This document shows positions 57,072 through 64,000 of a DNA stretch of 64,000 nucleotides, piece after piece (positions within the stretch are counted from its first letter, which is position 1; each line of letters begins with the position of its first letter). The notes under the pieces were generated by a model. The model worked only from the letters and a program-made list of their open reading frames with translations, was not told where the DNA came from and made no database searches. The DNA comes from Candidatus Poribacteria bacterium (GTDB lineage Bacteria > Poribacteria > WGA-4E > WGA-3G): positions 8,258 through 72,257 of the forward strand of contig PYJC01000068.1 of assembly GCA_003635255.1 (NCBI GenBank). Reading direction: 5' to 3'. The translations under genes were made by a program, and so were the position numbers.

Positions 57072-58310
57072 CTAACCTGTGAATTTGCGAAGGGCAATAG
57101 AGGTATTATGCCCACCGAAGCCAAATGCATTAGAGAGCGCAACCGAAATTTTCGCATCACGACTCTCATTCGGGACGTAATCCAGGTCGCAGGCTTCGTC
57201 CGGCATATCGTAATTAATAGTCGGCGGCAGATACCCCTTTTCCATCGCGCCTAAACAGGCGATAAGTTCTACAGCTCCCGCTGCACCCAGCAGATGCCCC
57301 ACCATCGACTTCGTAGAACTCACGGGGATTTTATACGCCTGTTCACCGAACAGCGATTTAATAGCATTCGTTTCAGCGATATCGCCAATCGGTGTAGAGG
57401 TACCGTGTGCATTGATATAATCGACGGCATCTAACGGCAATTCAGCATCTTGAAGTGCGAATTCCATTGCTTTCGCCGCACCCTCACCATTTTCGGGTGG
57501 GCTTACCATATCGTAAGCGTCCGAAGTCATTCCAAAGCCAACTATCTCCGCGTAGATATGGGCACCTCGCTTTTTGGCATGTGATAGCGATTCAAGGATT
57601 AATACACCCGCACCGTCACCCATGACAAAGCCATCTCTATCCTTCGTAAACGGCCGCGAGGCGCGTTCAGGTTCATGATTCCGCTCCGACATCGCTCGCA
57701 TTGAACAGAATCCAGCGAAAGCTAATGGCGTAATCGCCGATTCCGTCCCACCGGTAAACATCACATCCGCCTTACCCAGCTGAATGATATGAAACGAATC
57801 CCCCATAGAATGGTTCGCACTCGCACACGCCGTGACGGACGTCGAATTGGGACCTTTGAGGTTAAAATGGATTGAAATCTGACCCGCCGCCATGTTAATA
57901 ATCATATATGGCACAAGGAATGGACTAACGCGTTTAGCACCCTTTTCGGCGAGGATTTTTGCGTTGTCTTCAAGCACACCGATGCCACCAATCCCAGAAC
58001 CGATTTGCACACCCGCACGATACGGATCCACTTTGTCAAGATCCAAACCCGCATCTTCGTGTGCCATGACTGCAGCACCCAGCGCGTACTGAATAAACAG
58101 CGGTAGCCTTGACGCTGCGCGGCGGTCCATATACTGTTCCGCTTGGAAATTCTTGACCTCTCCAGCGATTTGGGTGCGATGCTCAGAGGCATCAAAATAG
58201 GTTAAAGGTCCGATTCCGTTTTTACCGATGGCAAGCGCATCCCAATATTCTTCTTTCGTGTTGCCAATCGCATTGACGACACCGATTCCTGTAATAACTA
58301 CACGCTCCAC
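57072..58310 (-). CDS. fabF: Beta-ketoacyl-ACP synthase II
   Basis: [42 protein letters not shown]. Confidence 0.96.
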   Translation of the reverse strand: MERVVITGIGVVNAIGNTKEEYWDALAIGKNGIGPLTYFDASEHRTQIAGEVKNFQAEQYMDRRAASRLPLFIQYALGAAVMAHEDAGLDLDKVDPYRAGVQIGSGIGGIGVLEDNAKILAEKGAKRVSPFLVPYMIINMAAGQISIHFNLKGPNSTSVTACASANHSMGDSFHIIQLGKADVMFTGGTESAITPLAFAGFCSMRAMSERNHEPERASRPFTKDRDGFVMGDGAGVLILESLSHAKKRGAHIYAEIVGFGMTSDAYDMVSPPENGEGAAKAMEFALQDAELPLDAVDYINAHGTSTPIGDIAETNAIKSLFGEQAYKIPVSSTKSMVGHLLGAAGAVELIACLGAMEKGYLPPTINYDMPDEACDLDYVPNESRDAKISVALSNAFGFGGHNTSIALRKFTG

Positions 58311-58332
58311 GAGACCGATCCTTCTTTATTAA

Positions 58333-58460
58333 ATAGTTATGGGTTCGCCTGCTACGCAGGCTGTCAGGCATCAGTTATCAGTTAAAAGAGGGCATTATTA
58401 AACGAGAACCTCTTAACTCTCACTGCGAGGCAAACTGACAACTGATAACTGATAACTAAA
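58333..58460. repeat. Heptamer-based palindromic intergenic repeat
   Basis: tcagttatcagttaaaagag...ctcttaactctcactgcgaggcaaactgacaactgataactgataact. Confidence 0.8.
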
Positions 58461-58462
58461 AT

Positions 58463-58696
58463 CTATACATGTTCGTCAAGGTAACTCAGGGCATCTTGAA
58501 CAGTCTGAATCTTCTCCGCATCACTGTCGGGAATTTCGATCTCAAATTCCTCTTCAAGTGCCATGACCAATTCAACGGTGTCGAGTGAGTCAGCACCCAA
58601 GTCTTCCATAAAGGAGGCATCCGGAGTGACGTTATCTTCGTCAACACCGAGTTGTTTAGCGATAATTTCGATGAGGCGTTCTTGGTTTGTTGCCAT
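58463..58696 (-). CDS. acpP: Acyl carrier protein (copy 2)
   Basis: [20 protein letters not shown] with phosphopantetheine Ser. Confidence 0.96.
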   Translation of the reverse strand: MATNQERLIEIIAKQLGVDEDNVTPDASFMEDLGADSLDTVELVMALEEEFEIEIPDSDAEKIQTVQDALSYLDEHV

Positions 58697-58797
58697 AAGC
58701 GTTTCTCTGATCTCCTATAAAGTGTTTTGTCCGCAAGATTGGTGTTGCGGTAAAAATTTGTTCTGATGTTACACGGCAATTCAATCAATAACTCAAT

Positions 58798-58860
58798 TGA
58801 CATCACTATACCACCATCAACCTGAAATGTTTGACGAGTGGTATTACGTCCAGCATCTTG
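58798..58860 (-). pseudogene. Degenerate duplicated 3' end of fabG
   Basis: Encodes DAGRNTTRQTFQVDGGIVM versus fabG C-terminus DASRYITGQILQVDGGMVM; DNA aligns with 59280-59340. Confidence 0.7.
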
Positions 58861-58952
58861 TTTTTTCCAATTATAAGCACGCATGGTAACGCGACCAAAC
58901 GCACACGAAAGAGGACTTAACAACGTATTCCTACACGCCCCAACGGTATACC

Positions 58953-59186
58953 TTAGCCTATATGTTCATCAAGGTAACTCAGGGCATCTTGAACAGTCTG
59001 AATCTTCTCCGCATCACCATCCGGGATTTCGAGATCGAATTCCTCTTCAAGGGTCATGACCAATTCAACCTTATCAAGTGAGTCGGCACCCAAATCATCA
59101 AAGGAGGCATCTGGAATGACATTATCTTCGTCAACCTTGAGCTGTTCAGCGATAATTTCGATGAGGCGTTCTTGGTTTGTTGCCAT
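58953..59186 (-). CDS. acpP: Acyl carrier protein (copy 1)
   Basis: [20 protein letters not shown]; leader and N-terminus nearly identical to copy 2. Confidence 0.94.
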   Translation of the reverse strand: MATNQERLIEIIAEQLKVDEDNVIPDASFDDLGADSLDKVELVMTLEEEFDLEIPDGDAEKIQTVQDALSYLDEHIG

Positions 59187-59279
59187 AAGCGTTTCTCTGA
59201 TTCTCCTATAAATTATGGCTGTCGAGGGCAGACATCGGCTGTCAGCAAGAAAACCGTTGGGTTTCCGAAAGCCGATGAA

Positions 59280-60056
59280 TTACATCACCATCCCACCGTC
59301 AACCTGAAGTATTTGACCGGTGATATAGCGTGAAGCATCCGATGCCAAAAAACACACAGCATCTGCTACATCTTCCGGATGCCCAAATTCCCGTAGTGGA
59401 ATCAATTCAAGCAGTTGTTCCTGACTCGCTTCCGGTATTTGTGCCGTCATCTCTGTTGTGATAAAACCCGGAGCGATAGCATTCACAGTGATACCACGCG
59501 CGCCAACCTCTTTTGCTGTAGCCTTTGTGAAACCGATGATGCCTGCTTTCGCTGCGGCGTAATTCGCTTGTCCCGCGTTTCCTATTAATCCAACGACTGA
59601 CGAGATGTTGATAATACGTCCACTTTTCTGACGTATCATGGGACGTAGAACAGCACGGGTGCAGTACATCGTGCCTGTCAGATTTGTCTGTAATACAGCG
59701 TCCCAGTCTTCATCTTTGAGACGCATCAGCAGCATGTCCCGCGTAATCCCTGCGTTGTTCACGAGAATGTCGATTTGCGAAAACTGCTCAATCGTTTTTT
59801 TAATAAGTGCCTCAACATCCGTCTTTTCCGAGATGTCAGCCGCCATTGAAAATGTAGTGTAGCCTTTATCTGCTAATGTGTCGGCGATCTGTGCGACCGA
59901 CTCAGCCGAACGCGAACAAAGCACCACGTTCGCACCGGCTTCACAGAGTCTGCGTGCAATCGCTGCACCGATACCACGCGAAGCACCCGTAACAATTGCC
60001 GTTTTGCCACCCAGTAAGTCTGCTCTAAAGATACTCTGTTCCGTTGTCACGTCCAT
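59280..60056 (-). CDS. fabG: 3-oxoacyl-ACP reductase
   Basis: TGASRGIG, NNAGITRD, YAAAK, fab cluster context. Confidence 0.96.
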   Translation of the reverse strand: MDVTTEQSIFRADLLGGKTAIVTGASRGIGAAIARRLCEAGANVVLCSRSAESVAQIADTLADKGYTTFSMAADISEKTDVEALIKKTIEQFSQIDILVNNAGITRDMLLMRLKDEDWDAVLQTNLTGTMYCTRAVLRPMIRQKSGRIINISSVVGLIGNAGQANYAAAKAGIIGFTKATAKEVGARGITVNAIAPGFITTEMTAQIPEASQEQLLELIPLREFGHPEDVADAVCFLASDASRYITGQILQVDGGMVM

Positions 60057-60989
60057 TTATCCACCCATTTCATCTGCTACGAGGGACAGCGTCTCAACGT
60101 CTTCAACATTCATAACACGACTTTCCGGCAGGGTCCGCTTTACTAAGCCGGACAATACCTTCCCCGGTCCCGCTTCTACAAAATGTGTGATACCAGTTTG
60201 CGCAACGGTATGCAGTATCTTTTCCCACTGAACAGGTTGTGTTATCTGTTGAAATAGAAGGTGTCTAATGTTTTCCACATCCGTCACAAACTCACCGGTT
60301 ACGTTCATCGCGACATCAACTTTCGGCGGTTGCATCGTCACCGAATTGAGTGCGGATCCAAATTTTTGTTGCGCGGGTGCCATCAAAGGTGAATGAAATG
60401 CCCCACTTACGGGTAAGAGGCGACACCGTCGCGCCCCAATTTCGGCTTTCGCCAGTTCAACAACCTGATTGACAGCATCCACTTCTCCAGAAATTACTAA
60501 TTGCCCAGGGCAGTTGTAGTTAGCGATGTTCACAATCCCCTCGGTCCCGTCACAGAGTTGTTGAAGTTGTTCTATCTCCATTCCGAGGATTGCCGCCATG
60601 GTGCCTTGCTGTGTTTCACCCGCTTCTGCCATTAAACTGGCACGTGCGTTCACCAACCGCAAAGCATCCAAAAAATCAAGAACCCCTGCCGCCACGAGTG
60701 CGGAGTACTCTCCCAAACTATGTCCCGCGACTGCGCCTGGTATGATACTAAATTCTTTTAGCACTCGCAATGTTGCGACACTGCATGTCAAAATCGCCAG
60801 TTGTGTATTTTCCGTCTCCTTTAAGTCTGACACCGGTCCTTCAAAACAGAGCTGACTCAAGGCACGCCCAAGGAATGCGTCGGCTTCCTGAAAAACATCA
60901 CTGGCAGTTGGATAAGTCCGCGCTAATTCCGCACCCATGCCAACTTGTTGTGAACCTTGTCCTGGGAAAATAAAGGCGAATCGTGTCAT
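60057..60989 (-). CDS. fabD: Malonyl-CoA:ACP transacylase
   Basis: FPGQGSQ, GHSLGEY, VSGAFHS. Confidence 0.97.
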   Translation of the reverse strand: MTRFAFIFPGQGSQQVGMGAELARTYPTASDVFQEADAFLGRALSQLCFEGPVSDLKETENTQLAILTCSVATLRVLKEFSIIPGAVAGHSLGEYSALVAAGVLDFLDALRLVNARASLMAEAGETQQGTMAAILGMEIEQLQQLCDGTEGIVNIANYNCPGQLVISGEVDAVNQVVELAKAEIGARRCRLLPVSGAFHSPLMAPAQQKFGSALNSVTMQPPKVDVAMNVTGEFVTDVENIRHLLFQQITQPVQWEKILHTVAQTGITHFVEAGPGKVLSGLVKRTLPESRVMNVEDVETLSLVADEMGG

Positions 60990-61002
60990 TTTCTTCTGAT
61001 GA

Positions 61003-61155
61003 ACGGCTATCGGCTATCAGCTTTCAGTAAATTGGCTTTCAGCAGTTGGAAACCATCGGTTATCAGCAAGAGGAGGGATTATGAAACAAAAATCTCTTAA
61101 AACTGATCGCTGATGGGTATTCTTGCTGATTGCCCACCACTGATGACTGACGGCT
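61003..61155. repeat. Heptamer-based palindromic intergenic repeat (GCTATCG/GCTATCA variant)
   Basis: cggctatcggctatcagctttcag...ttatcagcaagagg...ctcttaaaactgatcgctgatg...actgatgactgacggct. Confidence 0.7.
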
Positions 61156-62149
61156 ATAACCGTAGAAGTGTGCTTCCCCATGTTAAGCCTGCGCCAAAAG
61201 TCACAAACAGAAGTAGGTCACCTGGCTTCGCGCGTCCCTCGCGAATCGCCTCGTCTAACGCGATAATCACTGTTGCTGCAGAGGTATTCCCATATTTATC
61301 AACGTTAATATAGACTTTTTCTCGTGGCACACCGAGTCTGTCACCGACCGCCTCAATGATGCGCAGATTCGCTTGATGCGGGATCAACAGATCAATCTCT
61401 TCAATGCTGACATCTGCTTCACGTAAAACACGCTGCGCAGCTTCAGGCATAAGCCGCACACCCAGTTTAAACACTTCACGACCATTCATCTGAAGTTTGT
61501 CGAGTTTTTGGTCAATTACTTCCGGAGTAATCGGCATTCTGGAGCCACCCCCAGGGATACCAAGGAGGTCAATGTCAGCATAATCTCCATCGGACCCGAT
61601 ATAAGATCCGAGAATGCCCTTAGGTTCATCTGTGGCTTGGACTACAGCAGCACCCGCACCATCCCCAAAGAGGACGCATGTACCTCTATCATTCCAGTCG
61701 ACGATGTTGTTGAAAACTTCGCCACCGACAACAAGAATGGTGTCGTACCGTCCAGATTTAATCATTCCGTCAGCCAAATCCAGCCCATAAAGAAAGCCGG
61801 CACACGCGGCAGATACATCCATCGCAGCAGCGTTCTTTGCGCCAATACCTTTCTGGACGTAGCACGCCGTTGACGGGAAAAACGTGTCAGGTGTAACGGT
61901 AGCGACAAGAATCATCTCAATGTCAAGCGGATCTATGTGAGCACTTTTAATAGCCCAGCGTGCAGCACGCACACAGAGATCAGAGGTAGCCACATCGTCT
62001 TCAGCAATACGACGCTCCGTAATGCCTGTGCGTTGACGAATCCACTCGTCACTTGTATCCACCATTTTCTCAAGGTCAAAGTTGGTAACAACCTGTTCAG
62101 GGAGGTAAGAACCTGTTCCCGTGATGGTTGCATATCGAAGTTGCGTCAT
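61154..62149 (-). CDS. fabH: Beta-ketoacyl-ACP synthase III
   Basis: AACAGF, FGDGAGA, PHQANLRI, GNTSAA, GAGLTWG. Confidence 0.96.
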   Translation of the reverse strand: MTQLRYATITGTGSYLPEQVVTNFDLEKMVDTSDEWIRQRTGITERRIAEDDVATSDLCVRAARWAIKSAHIDPLDIEMILVATVTPDTFFPSTACYVQKGIGAKNAAAMDVSAACAGFLYGLDLADGMIKSGRYDTILVVGGEVFNNIVDWNDRGTCVLFGDGAGAAVVQATDEPKGILGSYIGSDGDYADIDLLGIPGGGSRMPITPEVIDQKLDKLQMNGREVFKLGVRLMPEAAQRVLREADVSIEEIDLLIPHQANLRIIEAVGDRLGVPREKVYINVDKYGNTSAATVIIALDEAIREGRAKPGDLLLFVTFGAGLTWGSTLLRL

Positions 62150-62242
62150 TATATCTCTCTTGGCGTTTTTGGCGTTGTAAGGTCTTACTGGCAAGCTGAA
62201 ACTCGCTGTGAAATCCGATCGGTTTTTCCGACCAACCCTTAT

Positions 62243-62428
62243 TTACGCCTCGTCAGTGGATTTTAGCACGGGCCGTCCGTTATAATGCCCACATTCGGAG
62301 CAGACACGATGAGAAATGATCGTTTCCCCGCAATATGAACAGACGCTTGTGGCTTTGTCATGGAGCGCGTTATGGCTCCGTCGCATTCTTTTTTTCGATT
62401 TTGACGTTTTCCGTTTTGGATGCGCCAT
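62243..62428 (-). CDS. rpmF: 50S ribosomal protein L32 (Zn-ribbon type)
   Basis: MAHPKRKTSKSKKRMRRSH...CSYC...HRVC.ECG.Y. Confidence 0.96.
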   Translation of the reverse strand: MAHPKRKTSKSKKRMRRSHNALHDKATSVCSYCGETIISHRVCSECGHYNGRPVLKSTDEA

Positions 62429-62500
62429 CGGTTATCTCCTTACAATTTTCTGTAGTCTTAAAAGTCGCAGTTCTGAAGTTCGCCACACAATTGGATCGTC

Positions 62501-63052
62501 TTAGTTATCTTCCAGCATTTTCGACAGAACCGAAAACGGGTTAGAAGCAGGTGCCGGTGACGCATCAGCTGTCTCGCAAGAACATGCATCGCTATTGAGT
62601 TCTGCACCACATTCTGGGCATAGACCTTCACAGGTCTCAGAACACAGTGACCATGCCGGTATCTCAAGCACGAGCATCTGTCGGACATCTTCTGAAATAT
62701 CTAAGGTCTCGCCATCGTAATATCGCTCATCCGCTTCACTTTCTTCCGACGATTCACTACCGATAGAAAATAACAGTTCAAGTTCTGTTGTTATATCTAC
62801 CGCAAACGGCGTAATACAACGTCGGCACTCTACCGAAATTTCTGTCTCAATATCAGCTGTCACATAAACATTGTCGTCGCCTTGGCGAAACAGTCGGATT
62901 GCACATGACAGCGGTTTAATAAATTCTGCCTCTTCGTAATTCAAACTCAGGGACGCGGGCGGCACAAGTGCTTCGTATTCCTTGAAGTCCTCGTGTCGAA
63001 GGTCTTTCATATCAAATACTAACGTGTCTTTTATACCCTCCTGCATATCCAA
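62501..63052 (-). CDS. DUF177/YceD family protein
   Basis: ECRRC and LCSETC.GLCPECG..LN...C.C...PF..L motifs; upstream of rpmF. Confidence 0.9.
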   Translation of the reverse strand: MDMQEGIKDTLVFDMKDLRHEDFKEYEALVPPASLSLNYEEAEFIKPLSCAIRLFRQGDDNVYVTADIETEISVECRRCITPFAVDITTELELLFSIGSESSEESEADERYYDGETLDISEDVRQMLVLEIPAWSLCSETCEGLCPECGAELNSDACSCETADASPAPASNPFSVLSKMLEDN

Positions 63053-63140
63053 TTTCCCCTCAAGTGTCTATCAGGCAGTCTTCAGGTTTTCCTTGTTATA
63101 CAACGGTAGCGAACACGCGGGTTGTTCTCGGTTTTTTAAA

Positions 63141-63240
63141 TAGGACTCACGCATCTCCTCTTAAAGTCCCCCTGATAAGGGGGATTTAGGGGGTTTAAAA
63201 CTAAAAAATCTCTCATCGCGTCTAAATTTGCGTAAGTTCT
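63141..63240. repeat. Element with TIR GGACT(C/T)ACGCA...TGCGTAAGTTC and internal CCCCCTGATAAGGGGG hairpin
   Basis: taggactcacgca...aagtccccctgataagggggatttagggggttt...tgcgtaagttct. Confidence 0.7.
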
Positions 63241-63247
63241 GCTAAAA

Positions 63248-64000
63248 TTAAAAATCGACCTCTTCTTCAATCCTAATAAGCTGTGTGTCACCTTTCACAT
63301 CTTCAAGCGTATGGATCTCGGCAAGTGCCGCTTTCATATTCTTTTCTCGCGCATTGTGCGTCAGCATAACGAGCGACACAGTCTCCATACCATGCGGGTC
63401 CTTTTGAATCACAGAAGCGATGCTAATCTGCCAGTTCCCTAAGATGGTGCCGATTTTCGCAAGGACTCCCGGTCGGTCAGCAACCACAAAACGGAGGTAG
63501 TAACGCGTCTCTATATCGTCAATCGGGGAAACATCAACTTCTGCTTGTGAACCAGCAAGCCATGCTCTCGAAATCGGCGTACGCACCCCTTGTTGCACAG
63601 ATTTTCCAGCATCAATAATGTCCGCTACAACCGCACTCGCCGTCGGCATCTCACCCGCACCTTGCCCATAAAAGAGCGTCGGACCAACCGCATCACCGAT
63701 AACGCAAACCGCATTGAACGCGCCGCCGACATTCGCTAACAGACTCCGCTCCGGCACCAGCGTCGGATGCACACGCGCCTCTACACAGTTTCCGTCGCCT
63801 AACTTCGCGATAGCAAGCAATTTAATAACATAGCCGAGTTCACGGGCGTATTGGATCTCTTTTTGCGTGATACTTGTGATGCCTTCAACATGGAATTGCG
63901 ATAGTGAGATATTGCTCCGATAGGCAAGAGCGATCAGGAGAATCAGTTTCTGTGCGGCATCAATACCATCAACATCGAACGTCGGATCGGCTTCGGCATA
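63248..64000 (-). CDS. hom: Homoserine dehydrogenase with C-terminal ACT domain, 5'-partial
   Basis: Frame is open to the window end (YAEADPTFDVDGIDAAQKL...ELGYVIKLLA); GQGAG..PTASAVVAD; ACT domain DRPGVLA.I. Confidence 0.93.
   Translation of the reverse strand, partial: YAEADPTFDVDGIDAAQKLILLIALAYRSNISLSQFHVEGITSITQKEIQYARELGYVIKLLAIAKLGDGNCVEARVHPTLVPERSLLANVGGAFNAVCVIGDAVGPTLFYGQGAGEMPTASAVVADIIDAGKSVQQGVRTPISRAWLAGSQAEVDVSPIDDIETRYYLRFVVADRPGVLAKIGTILGNWQISIASVIQKDPHGMETVSLVMLTHNAREKNMKAALAEIHTLEDVKGDTQLIRIEEEVDF

Noticed and set aside
58486-58923. 145-aa ORF spanning the inter-ACP spacer
   Set aside because: It overlaps acpP out of frame; its only recognisable part is the decayed fabG tail.
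10631-61155. Recurrent short repeats as a possible CRISPR array
   Set aside because: Repeats are dispersed, degenerate and palindromic with no constant repeat-spacer periodicity, and no cas genes are present in the window.

Overview
Bacterial chromosomal segment. The gene repertoire (secreted LamG proteins ending in a 'V.P..KL...WG.LK' tail, ECF sigma-WD40 fusion, CotH-ankyrin fusion, Uma2 protein, sulfatase, dockerin-tailed propeller) suggests Candidatus Poribacteria or a similar lineage; this is inference from gene style, not a database hit. Core content: seven tRNAs, tig-clpP-clpX-lon, pdxA, purE, hisI-trpE-trpG, panB, sucC-pgk-proS-sucD, folK, the yceD-rpmF-fabH-fabD-fabG-acpP-acpP-fabF cluster and a partial hom. 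The most interesting region is a divergent regulatory hub at about 40.7-41.5 kb. On the + strand an unannotated 33-aa leader peptide containing His-Trp-His-Trp-Trp, with terminator/antiterminator geometry, precedes a hybrid hisI-trpE-trpG operon and is a candidate dual His/Trp attenuator. On the - strand a cobalamin riboswitch with a terminator precedes three uncharacterised envelope proteins, a candidate non-canonical B12 uptake system. Other notable features: nested MITE-like elements sitting in the loops of REP-like palindromes, a ClpX with a duplicated zinc-binding domain, a probable relic parA-parG locus with 8-bp iterons, an acpP duplication carrying a fossil fabG 3' end, and a 2154-aa gingipain-like C25 protease. 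All calls were made by eye without database searches.
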